Source: Vitrella brassicaformis CCMP3155 (Eukaryota > Protista > Chromerida). Taken from it: a stretch of DNA of 64,000 nucleotides. Position 1 is the first letter of the stretch, and each line of letters starts with the position of its first letter. Below, piece after piece: positions 35,381 through 47,083 of this stretch. A model generated the notes under the pieces. That model worked only from the letters and a program-made list of their open reading frames with translations. It did not search any database and was not told where the DNA came from. Location: NCBI GenBank assembly GCA_001179505.1, contig CDMY01000520.1, forward strand, positions 124,001-188,000. Direction: 5' to 3'. The translations under genes and the position numbers were made by a program.

Positions 35381-36613
35381 TTAGCGGAGGGCTCGCTGGC
35401 CCTTCAGGGCAGCGATCTCGGCTTCCAGCGCTTCCACTTTCGCCTGCAGCTGCTGGGCGACTATCATTGTCTGCCACACACAAGCGAACACACAACACAC
35501 AGCAAAGGAGGGACACGGATACACACATACATGTGAAGCCTCGATTGACACGTGTGTGCTATTCACCTTGTAGAGGAGAGCGTATTGGTTCACATGGATG
35601 CTCTCTTCGGGCTCCGGGGTGCCCACGAGGTGTGCTCGATCAGTCATCACCGTGTCAGGGAAGATCGCCTGTGTGGATGGGACGCCAAAAAGACAGACGC
35701 ATCAACGGACAGAGCCGAGTGAAGAGGAACGGTGGTCTCGGGCTGCTCCATCGCACCCACCTTAAGCTCCTCGCCAATCACGCCCGTGAGTGGGGTCTCC
35801 GCCTCCGCCTGAAGCCCACGTCCGACCTCCTTACGCTGTCAGAGCGACAACACACAAAGGGAGAAGTCATTCCACCCACCCACCCACACCCTCCATCGGT
35901 ATCGTGGCGTGGGTGCCTCCCTACCTTGTATGTGTGCATCTTGATGAACCTGAACCGCTCGTAGGTGTTGCCTCGCTCCTGCTCGGGCATGATGTCCACT
36001 TGGGACAGACTGCTGCGGGTAACCATGCCGTCCCGGTCGAAGACTCTGTCGGTGAAGACTCTCCCCACCATCATGCCCGTTCCGCAGCCAACCGACCCTG
36101 CACCGACAGACAGACAGACAGACAGACACACAGACATTAGAGCTCATGGTGTCGAGCTCATATCCGCCTGCATCCACTACGGCGTGCAAAGACCTACCGT
36201 ATTGATGCATAGGCCTTCCGTTGGTCTCATCTGCCGCCACAAGCCCTGGATCAGGTTTGCCTCGAGCGGTAAGCTGGCACTGTAAGCCAAACATGCACAC
36301 AAACATACAGACAATCAGACAGACACGTGGTCGAATGCCCATCCCCATCCTATCTATGTACCTCGTCAAGCGCAATTTCCTGAACAAGACACCGCAAGCC
36401 ACGTCAATATGTCAGGATGGGCGTATTGGTTGTTTGGCCGCCTGCCCTTACCGTCGGCTTGGCGTCCCTTAGGAGCGGTTCATCGATTTGATCGGGTGGC
36501 CTGCAGGCCATCCACATCTTCCCCCCGCCGGCCGCCGGCGGTGGATACGCTGATGCTGGCGTTGCTGTCACTGCTGCCAGAGCAACAAGGAAGACGTTGA
36601 GGAGGCAAGCCAT
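35381..36613 (-). CDS. Secreted protein with C-terminal ICA/Peptidase S74-like chaperone domain and coiled coil (paralogue a, 227 aa)
   Basis: Exons 36613-36452, 36279-36198, 36097-35925, 35835-35761, 35668-35567, 35470-35381 total 684 nt, in frame. MACLLNVFLVALAAVTATPASA signal; VTRSSLSQVDIMPEQERGNTYERFRFIKMHTYKRK...TGVIGEELKAIFPDTV...SIHVNQYALLYKTMIVAQQLQAKVEALEAEIAALKGQRALR*. The gene model is firm; the domain call rests on motif recall. Confidence 0.85.
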
Positions 36614-36879
36614 GATACACACACGGAGATCTGAGACGCGCGTCCAGGTAGGCGCGGTTCACGCCAGGCCGAGGGAGGGGGAAAAGAGGAGGGGGACCGG
36701 GGCGGCTATCGGCGAGTGGGGATCGCGTTTCTGTTGCGGCTTAGCTCGCATCGGTACTTTTCAGTTACGGATCCCCCGACCGGTAACGGCTACGGAGAAG
36801 GGAGAAGATCCGGTGATCCCAGCCCTGTCGCCTCCTCTTCACCCTTCCGAACCGCAGGTCTGTGTGCTGTGTGTGCATC

Positions 36880-38129
36880 ATGACTCGTCTGCTCGTCGTG
36901 TTCGCTGCCCTGGCAGCAGCAATGCCAGCATCAGCGAAGATGTGGATGGCCTGCAATCCAATGAATCAAATTGATGAACCGCTCCTGAGGGACTCTACGC
37001 CGACGGTAAGGGTCAGGCAGGCGGCCAAACAACCAATACGCCCAACCAACCCAGGACGTGGTTTGCGGTGTCTTGTTCAGGAAATGTTGCTTCACGCGGT
37101 AGCTGGGATGCGGATGGCCATTTGGACCACGTGTCTGTCTGATTTGTGTCTGTGTATCTTTCCCTTGCAGTGTGACCTTAGTGGTACGGGAAGAGGCGAA
37201 CCTGAACCAGTGTTGGTGGCTGCAAATGAGGACACCGGAGAGGTTGAGAATGGATCCGGTAGGTCTCTGCACGCCGTAGTGGATACAGGCGGATATGAGC
37301 TGACACCACGAGCTCTAATGTCTTTTTGTCTGGCTGTCTTCTGTGTCTGTGTGTCGGTGCAGGGGCGATGGGCTGCGGACAGAATAACATGCTGGCCAGC
37401 GTCGCGGCCGAGGAGATCCTCGACGGGACCGGCAGGGTCACCCGCAGCAGTCTGGCCCAAGTGGACATTATGCCCGAGCAGGAGCTGAGCAACACCTATG
37501 AGCGCTTCAGGTTCATCAAGATGCACACATACAAGGTAGGGAGGTACCGACGGCATGCATAGCGAGCAGGCCAAGGCAGCGATGGAGGGGGTGGGTGGGA
37601 TGGAATGATCTCCCTCGGTGTGTGCTGTCACACTGACAGCGTAAGGTGGCCGGACGTGGGCTTCAAGGGGGGGCGGAGACCCCAATCACGGGCGTCATTG
37701 GCGAGGAGCTTAAGGTGGGTGCGATGGAGCAGCCCGAGACCACCGTTCCTCTTCACTCGGCTCTGTCCGTTGATGTGTCTGATGTGTCTGTCTTTTGGGC
37801 GTCCCATCCACACAGGCGATCTTCCCTGACACGGTGATAACTAATCGAGCACACCTCGTGGGCACCCCAGAGCCCGAGGAGAGCATCCATGTGAACCAAT
37901 ACGCTCTCCTCTACAAGGTGGATAGCACACACGCGTCAATCAAGGCTTCACATGTAATGTGTGTATCCGCGTCCCTCCTTTGCTGTGTGTTGTGTGTTCG
38001 CTTGTGTGTACGTGGCAGACAATGATAGTCGCCCAGCAGCTGCAGACGCGCAGCGACAACCAGGCCAAGGCCATCGAAGCGCTGGAAGCCGAGATCGCGG
38101 CCCTCAAGGCTCAGCGCGCCCTTCGCTAA
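36880..38129 (+). CDS. Secreted protein with C-terminal ICA/Peptidase S74-like chaperone domain and coiled coil (paralogue b, 224 aa)
   Basis: Exons 36880-37005, 37171-37258, 37363-37535, 37640-37714, 37816-37917, 38019-38129 total 675 nt, in frame. MTRLLVVFAALAAAMPASA signal; VTRSSLAQVDIMPEQELSNTYERFRFIKMHTYKRK...TGVIGEELKAIFPDTV...HVNQYALLYKTMIVAQQL...IEALEAEIAALKAQRALR*. Confidence 0.85.
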
Positions 38130-38893
38130 GTAGTCGGTAGATCCATCCATCCATCCATGGTGTGTGATGGGTGGGGTGTATGTGGTCCATCAATGTGTGC
38201 ATGCGGGATGCGATGGTTGTGTGATTTTTGCAATCATCTCGACTGGCAAGCACTGAGTCTGCCCCATACATGGGGTCGATATGGGCGGGCAAGTCGTGTG
38301 GGCGTACTGTGGCTTACTTGCGCTACGTGTGCTGCCTTGGTTGTCTGTGCATTGTGTCACTTTACTGTGGCTGACTCATCCACTTTATTTGTGCAACTGT
38401 GATTTTTGGCTGGACAGATGGCCGTCCACACCGTTGGGTGCCGTGTGTGTGTGTGTGTGTTGACTGGCTGGTCAGTCAGCGGTCCTCCGAAACAGGGAGG
38501 TGCTGAGGTACCTGCGCAGATCGGCAGACACACACAGTGCCACGTGCCTGATGCATTGGATGGATGGATGATGTGTGTGAGGGAGATGCGACGTGTGACA
38601 CAGTGGGCCATTGCATTGCCGGGGCGGGACGCACAGACACATGGGGATGAGAGCACTGAAACCATCAGAAGGAAGCAACAATGTCCTCCCCTCCGATGAA
38701 CAATCCATCACACACTGAATGTTGACAGACTGCCCACCACGAATACCCGTCCATTGCCTGCGTGTAGGACACTGATCCCGTCGAACGCCGTTGAAAATCT
38801 GCATGCAGACGGGGGCGCCCCCATGAATTGGGGTGATCTCTTCGTTCCTTTCCCCGTTCCTCGCTTAACCCATGGCTCAGTGAGGCGACAAGC

Positions 38894-40308
38894 ATGGGCA
38901 TCATCCTTGCCATCCTGGACGAGGTGGGTGCGGGCTCAATATGTCATCCAATGACACGACCAAACGTACCACCACACCTGTCTGCCTTACGTTATGATAT
39001 GTGCAGGTCCGTCAGGACCGGAGGGAGTCAAAAAGGTCATTCATTACCAGCGCACGGCCAGACGAAGCCACCAAGTGAGACAAGCGAGTCAGAGAATGAC
39101 AGACACGCACCAGACACCGCTGAATGGCCTGGTGTGTTGCTTTTCCATGCACAAAGGACGCTGGAGTTTATGCGCATCAGTGTGACACCTGACATCAGCC
39201 ACACACTCCACCGCTCGTGGATACCGGGTGAATGAGGAGGGCTCTACACACATATGTGTGTGATTGTCCGACATGCATGCAGGTCGCTCCCGCGGGGAGC
39301 CAATACATGTGGCCGCATATCATGCGAACCGGAAGCCCATAAATCGGTGGAGACTGTGGTATGTGGAGGCGATGTGGAAGGCACCGGACGATCCGTACTG
39401 AGGTGTCTTCCTTTCTTTTCTGCAGGTACACCATCAAGTACTCGGGGAGAGACATCAACGAAAGGCATGCAGCGCATGCGCGTTGAATGGAGGGAGGGAA
39501 GACGGTATTTCCATCTGTGTCTCACGCGGCAGGGACGTTGATGGCATGACACCTTTGTATTTGGCGACGATGAATGGACAGCTGCCGGGCGTCCGCATAT
39601 TGCTGTCTGCCGGGGCCATAGTCAACCAAAGAACAGATCACGGGTGGACGCCTCTCGCGTGTGCCGCATTCCAGGTGCCAGAATAGGCATACACACATAC
39701 GTATACAGAAGTTTATATGTACAGGGTTACCTGTACATATTGAGGTATCTGCTGAGTGAGGGCAGCGACCCCAATGCATGCCACCCAGAGGAGAAAATCA
39801 CCCCATTGATGCTCATTGCTGCATCGTACTGACACGCACAGGATGCATGCACGTATCGCTGACACGTGTACCGATCCTTTCATGTGTGCCATCCCTTGTG
39901 TCATGTGTGTCTATGCAGGCCGCGCATATATAACACCTTTCTGGTGGAACAGAGGCACCGAAGGGAACGCCGTAGAATACTCCAGGCATGTGCTTGTGTG
40001 CAAGTGTCCGTGTATTGTGCGTATACCCACCTGTCCATTTGTGTGTGTGCATGGCAGCAACAATTCCACGAGCAGCAACAACTTCTCCAAGAGATGCAGC
40101 AGTTCGTGTCTCAGCAACGAGGCGTGAGGGAGACACGTGCACCGATGACAACACTGTATGTATGTATGTATGTATGTATGTGCCTATCTACACAACAGGT
40201 CAGCCGTCCGTCAAGCCAGCAGCCCTCACAGTCGCCTTCCCGCTCGCCATCACGTACGCACAGAAAGAAAGAAAGAAAGAAAGACAGGCCGACGGACTAC
40301 ATACCACA

Positions 40309-40340
<32 letters not shown>

Positions 40341-43300
40341 AAAGCACCTACGTGTGTCTGTGTGCAGGCCGTTTCTCCCTGAAGCCTCCGTCCGAGAAGC
40401 TCTGGACAGCGAAGTCCCTCATGGATCGCGCCATGAGCTTAATCATGAAGATGAAGAGTGGCATCAGTTAGTGACAAAAATTGGAAACTGACGTATGCGT
40501 GCGTGGCTGTCACTCTGTGTCACCAGTCTCGCCTCCGATGTCTCCCCAATCGCTCAAGTCGCCCACACGGGGAGGTGAGGTCGGTCCGCCAAAATAAACA
40601 GGAGGCACCTCCTTTAGTTGCGGGTGTGCAGGCGTCTTTTTCCGCCTGTCGACTGTGAAAACGCCAAGCGAGGCCGGCACTGTGCAGTCGAGTGAGTTTG
40701 TTCTGACTAGGAATCAAAGACAAAGGTGTACGTCCACGAACGGATGGATGTCTTTAGGGGTGGGAAGCATCACGTCTCCGTCGTCGGTGCGCATGTCTAA
40801 GCGTCAGCTGCAACTCAAGGGACAGTTCAAGAAGGCCCCGCTGCATATCAGGTATGTGGCCTGGGGACATGAGTGTAACATGTCCTTTATGTATGGATGG
40901 TGGGCTTGTGTGTGTCAGGGAGCGTTATGGACAGGAGGGTGAGGCCAAGTGGATGGAGGCAGCACACGCGTGGAGACTCAACAAGGGTAAACATGTCATC
41001 ACATTCACGCATCGATGGATGAAGGGTGGAAGACAGGTGCATTGATGTGATTAAACCGATCAGGCAGCTGGTCGATTGTGATGCTGGACGCCTTCTTCGA
41101 GTCCTGTAGGGGGATGACAGACTCACGGGTACAAACGGCACCACGCCACAGCAGTGAGGAAGAAACTGCATGGACCTTCACGCAGGCTGAAACTCGCCGC
41201 GGGTCCATCACTGTCCGTGTCTCGGAGGCAATCGCCAGCGTTTCGAAGGTGCAGACCAGCCAACTTCCACATCCGGCCGTGAATGAATGCACGCGGCATG
41301 GCATGGCCTGACATGTTTGCAGCGCTTCTTCATGCGGCCGTCGAAGCGACCTGCCATCGCTATCAACCTGGAGCAAAAGGACAAATACGGGAGAACTGCC
41401 CTCATGTACGCAGGTGGGTATGGAAAGGTGTGTATACACACATATGGATGCATACGAATGTGCATTCACAGCCACGTACGGCCACGAGGAGACCGTGTCT
41501 CGCCTCATTTACGAAGGGGCTGACCCACTCGCAACTACCAACAAAGGTCCTTTCATTGATGCAGAAACATACGGGTAGACCCGTGAGTGAATAGATGTGT
41601 GTGCAGGCGAGTCTGCGCTTCACCTGGCTGTGCGTTTCAACCACCTGGACACGTGTGAGCTGCTTCTCAAGGCGGGTGTCGACGCGAACATCACTGACAG
41701 CCTCCTGCAGGCAAACTGGCACGAGACAAACATCCACATATGAATGCAGACATGCCTGGAACGGTGTGTGTGCGTGTTACAGACGCCTTTGCACCTGGCC
41801 ATCCAGTGCAACCACCACTTTGTGGCTGAGCTGCTGCTGTCCTTCCGTGCCCGAGTGGAGTTGTCGGACGCCAACGGCAAGAGCCCACTCTACCTGTGTC
41901 TTGACAAGCTCCCGCACACCAGCAAGTACATATCGTCACACACATTCACGCCATGCTAATCTGCTAATGTGTATGTATGGCACACACAGTCTGTTTTCCT
42001 TGTGCGTCAAGCACGCGGCCAACATATGCCAGGTGAGAGAGAAAGAGACAGTCTCATTCGTCATTGCATGGGATGTGTGTACACAGGTGGACCCGCGTGG
42101 CTGGAACCTGCTCATCTACGCTATCGAGAACAACGTGGTGCGCACAAACGCATCGAGACATCCACTTTGTCCCAATGTCTCTCTGCTTCCCTCGTGTCTG
42201 TGCAGGGCGATTACATTCTTCCGATCGTGGAGCGCATGGCTGAGGTGGAAAAGGCGGACATGATCAACTTCAGGGTAGACTCAATGGCTTTTGTCCGCAT
42301 GCGCATACGCACGTATCTGTGTCTGTCTGCCATCAGGATCCGCTGCAGCGCACGCCGCTGCACCACGCGTGTGCCAAGGGAGACGTGGCAAGCGTCAAGA
42401 AACTCATCGACTTGGAGGCCGATGTCTTCGCAAAAGTAAGTACCCACAGAATGTACACGCACGCCAAGGTGCGTGACCTTGGTACATTGTGCGCGCTCCG
42501 TTGTTCCATCAGGACCATCTTGGCTACACAGCTCTTCACCTGTCGTGCGAAGAGGGCAATTTGTCGGTGGTACACATCATGATCGACTCCACACCCGAGT
42601 GAGTGAGAAACCGAGACACACACATGCACATCGTATATGTATCCGCAGCATTGACGAGCCGAATAAATTCGGCGAGACCCCGATACACTTGGCAGCACAC
42701 AACGGACACATTGTACGTCCGCGTACGAATACGTACGGGCACTCACACACGTGTCACTGTGTGCACAGGCGGCGATGCTCGCACTTCTCGACCCGGAGTT
42801 GGCCATCGTGCCCGCTGACACAACCATTGTACACAACAACACACAGAAATGCACCTTCACACGCACTCGCGCATCGATGTGTGTGAATGTGTGTCCAGAC
42901 AGACGCATCCGGCCGGACGCTGCTGATGAAGGCATGTATGTCGGGCCACATCGACCTGGTCCACCTGCTCCTCAAGACCAGACAAGCCGACAGATCGCCG
43001 GCAGACATGGCCGCGTTCGACATACCGCCACAGAGCGTGAGTATACGCCTACAACCAGGAAGGCATGGACGGACGAATTAAAGGGCAAATTCATGCTCGA
43101 CTGTGTGTCTCGTATGCAGGTGAATGCTGTGGACAACCACGGCTTCACCGCTCTGATGCTGGCGTGCCGTGAAGGCCACTGGCAGATCATACCAGCACTC
43201 GTACTGGAGGCCGCCAGCGTCTCTGGTCAACAAATCAACCCAACGGAGGGAAGGGTATGCATCGCCTGTATGTCTCTCTGAATATGAACAGCCAAGGACC

Positions 43301-46300
43301 GCGACGGGTGGACTGCATTGCACTGGGCGGCACACGAGGGGGAGGCACGTGTCGTCGCGTCACTAATCGAGGTGAGGAAACTGGCATATGCAGTCTTGTG
43401 CATATGCATGATGTGACGGGTCCGTCAGGTGGGAGCAGGAGTTGACACACAGGAGAATGCAGGATGGACCCCGCTGATGCTGGCATCGGCATCCGGCCAC
43501 GAGGAGGCGTCCAGCGTGCTCATCGACCACGGTGCATCAATACGTAGAGAGAAGAAAGATCTCATGCACATCTCCATCTGTGTGGTGCAGGTGCTGATCC
43601 GTACAGGCGCAACATGAACGACGACACGGCTTACACCATCACCAGGAGGAACGGACACACCGCCATCGTCCAGGTACCTACAAACTTGGCTGGCTGCCCC
43701 TCTGCTTGCCTGCCTGCATCTCCGTGCCAACACGACGCACAGGAGCTGGTCGATGCCATGCGCGTCCGCCCCGAGCGCTTGGTCGCCGCAAAGGACCAAG
43801 AAAGACCCGAAGAAGAGGTGAGCCGCCCCATGAGACGAGACACTCAGCCACGAGCATGTGTGCCTTTTTTTGTGTGTGCGGATAGGAGGAGGAGGAGCCC
43901 CTTGAGGATGAGGGAGAGGCTCTGCCCGAGGCGTTCCGGCTGTGGAAGGACATCGACAAACGGAAGAGACGGACAGGTAGAATCGTCAAGACAGAGGTCA
44001 GTGAGCTGCTCAGCGGGCAGAAGGGAGGCAGGCAGGGAAAGAGACATGCACACATTTTCGTCATCCCGTATGCTTCTGTCCACCATGCAGGGCGTGCTGT
44101 ACGTCAGTCTGTTGTCGGCGCAGAATCTCTATCTCGAGGGCATCGGCAAAGTGAGTGATCCGATGGCAACCATGTGTGCGCACCCATCCACGTGTGATTG
44201 TGTGTCAGCTTCATCCATACGCCTTCACATCCTTTTCCAACCAGCACAATGCCCCCAATGTCGGCTTCTTCTCGCCCGCATGCCCCAGCACATCAACACC
44301 GGTACACAGCTACACATGCGGATTCTTGTCCGCTCAGTAACATCAACACCGGCCATGAAGGTGCACACACACACACTGACTATGTGTTTCCGTCCGCGCA
44401 GGTGTACTTCCACACGATGCGGTTCGCCTTCACCGATCTGGACGAGGACGCCTGTCTGGCCATACAGCTCCTCTCGGCACCCTTCCCCGCTGAACCAGAG
44501 GTACAAGCACCCACACAAATTCTTCCTTGACAACACCAACGACATTGCATGTCATCAGGGAAAGCACGCGGATGCTGCTTACGCCAAGCCAATCACCTCC
44601 AGGACGGATCTCGCGCGCAAGTCGGACCAGTCCTCCCGTGCAACGTCCAAGGCGGAGAGTCTCATGCAGGCGGACGACGATCTCGTCAACCCCTTCCAGC
44701 GCCAGGTTGACGGCAAGAAGAACGCCGTCAACCTGGCGGGCGAGTGGAGCGGCGCGTCGGTCAGGAGGACAGAAACATTCGAGGGAACCAAGGCCAGGCA
44801 ACGAGTCCGCGTGGAGATTCCACAGGTGCCCACGCAGACACACAAAGCTTCCATGCACGGCAACACGCAGTCCATCCTTACAGTCAGCGTTGCTGCCCCG
44901 CGGCCCGGCAGTCGAGGTGATCGCTCGGGGAGACGCGGCCACCCAAAAGAAGGGCAGAGACGCAAAATCCAAGGCCGGCATCCAGACGCGAGACAGCTTT
45001 CGCAGCGAGGTAGGCAGCAAGCAGCCGTGAATGTCTATCTTGTGTACATGCCATTTGGCTGGCAGGGATATGATGAGGACCAGGAGGGAGGCGAAGGCGA
45101 GGGCGATGCTGACGACAAGCGAGCATCGATATGGAGCTTGGGGGAGCTCGCCATGCGGTCAGCACATGAACGTGTCCACAATACGATGAAGTGTGTCTCT
45201 GCCTGTGTGCCTGCCTGCCTGCCTGGCTCAGTGCGCTGCGCCAGAAGGAGGAGGACCAGAAGGCCAAGGAGACTGCGGAGGAGGCTGAAGAGGCAAAAGA
45301 CCCCAGGGAGTGGGTGAGCAGGAATCTCAACACCGCCAGACGCAGACACATACGGAGGGATGGCAACAAATGGGATGTCTTGCTCGGCAGGACTTGAGCA
45401 AGGTGCGGACGAAAATCGACCCGAAAGAGTTCAGGCGACTCGAGAGGTCGGTGCCCAAGAGACACGTCAGACCGATGGGTCTGACAGCCATTCCTTCCGT
45501 CTCTCACTCAGGTGGAAGGATTACAACAACCGGCTGTCCTCTACCATGGCCCGCGGCGTCCCGCCGCCTCCCGTGCCCTACACACACCTGCCCATCGGCT
45601 TTGCCGTCGTGCGCCTGGACGTGCTGAAGCAGTGTGTGGAGAGCCAGCGCGCCATCAGGCTGGACAAGCACCTCAAGGGAACACCGAGGGGATCCGTCAG
45701 ATTCGAAATGCACTTTCGCCCGAGGCTGGTGCGTTATCCGCGTCCGACTGAGGCGCTTCAGCTTGATAAGGAGGCGCTGATCGAGGGCAGGGAGGCGGCT
45801 GTCCCATCATCCCAGGACATGAGTGTCGTCCATTCCATCATGCGAGTCAACACTCCTAGGTACTGACTGACTCAGAGTGGCGGAAATGCGTATGTATATG
45901 TCAATATTTGTACGTCGCCAGAGCTCATGAGTTGGCCAACGAGGTGACGAGCGAGGCGTATCTGCCTGAGGTCTTCGACTGGAGAGAGGAGAGGGTGGTC
46001 TACAAGGAAACGGCCAAGCGACGGTGATGCGAAATGGCAGCACATTCGTCGAGAGACATGTACATTGACAACACGGATGGGTTGGATGCTTACTTTGTTA
46101 GAGCTGATGTCGAGCCCCCCCTTGAGGCCACTTCGCTGCCATCCCCGAGCGAGGCCTCTCTTGCTCCGTCAGCGATGCCGTCAGCCCGATCAAAGGTCCG
46201 GGGCCCACCGTGCCAAGCCGATGCACCATACGATGAACTGATGAATGGATGGACCTGGGTCTGTGTCTTCCGCCTGCAACGATCTAATGGTCGGTCATCA

Positions 46301-46956
46301 GACCCCGACTGCCTACACGGAGACAGCCGCAGCAGCACCCTCGGAGAAGGGGTCGCTCTCGCTCAAATCTGCCATGAGGATCAAGACTCCCGCGATAAGA
46401 AGGAGACAGGCGGGTATGTATTTGCTTCATGCACACGCCCGTACATACATGCACACGTGATGTTTGCTGTTGTCCTGTCAGCCGCGCCAAAGCGCAAGAT
46501 GAGATCCCTCAAGTGGGTCGATGGGACTCGAGGGGAGCAGCTGACGTCGAGGAGCGTCATCGAACGGGCGAGGGAATGGAAGGATGAGGAACAAGAGACG
46601 CGGGAAGGTTGGCAGAGACGCATACACGGGTGTCGGCAGGGAATGTGGCTGTCTCGTGTCAGCAACAGCCATGCCGCCGTCGCCGAAGCCCTCTGAAACG
46701 GCAGCCGTCCTGCGTCACGCTCTGGCAACGACGGACACAAGGAAGAAGGAGGGAGTGTTGGTTGGCAAAGAGCTAGACCTCTTTCTAAGGTGCGTGTGCA
46801 TCATCCGTAGATGCATATCTGGACGTACAAGGAGACTTGGATTGCAGGTCAAAAGACCGGCCCAAGTCCACGATTATGAAGAGGAAAGAGGTTACGGTGC
46901 GCGTCTCGATGGAGGCGGATGGAGACAGGAGGCAAGAGGGAGAGCGGAATGTGTAA
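38894..46956 (+). CDS. Large multi-exon ankyrin-repeat protein with a C-terminal split C2-like domain
   Basis: Many ankyrin motifs: DINERDVDGMTPLYLATMNG, DHGWTPLACAAFQG, KDKYGRTALMYA, TPLHLAIQCNH, QRTPLHHACAKGD, NKFGETPIHLAAHNGH, DNHGFTALMLACREGH, ENAGWTPLMLASASGH. C2-like GVLYVSLLSAQNL and IGFAVVRLDVL...GTPRGSVRFEMHF. Start, stop and single-gene status are approximate. Confidence 0.75.
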
Positions 46957-47083
46957 TGGGCGACTTAACGTTTAAAGCGGTTTCCGTCGCTGAGCATGAT
47001 GATTCGTCTTTCGAAATCATTGTCGTCTTATCAGCCTTATGAGCATCGTCTCATGCGTTGCGTTGTTGAGTGTTTCAATCATC

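Larger units (their letters stand above)
34531..38764. repeat. Large imperfect inverted duplication; arms about 34531-36613 and 36880-38764 around a ~270-bp spacer
   Basis: The outer ends match (cacgcaggcaatggacgggtattcgtggtgggc at 34531 and its reverse complement ending at 38764). Each arm carries one S74/ICA paralogue plus its 3' flank. The right arm lacks about 220 bp present at about 34870-35085. Confidence 0.92.

Noticed and set aside
31062-38764. Inverted flanks read as terminal inverted repeats of a DNA transposon
   Set aside because: No transposase, no target-site duplication seen, and the repeats are contiguous with the S74 gene 3' ends, so segmental inverted duplication fits better
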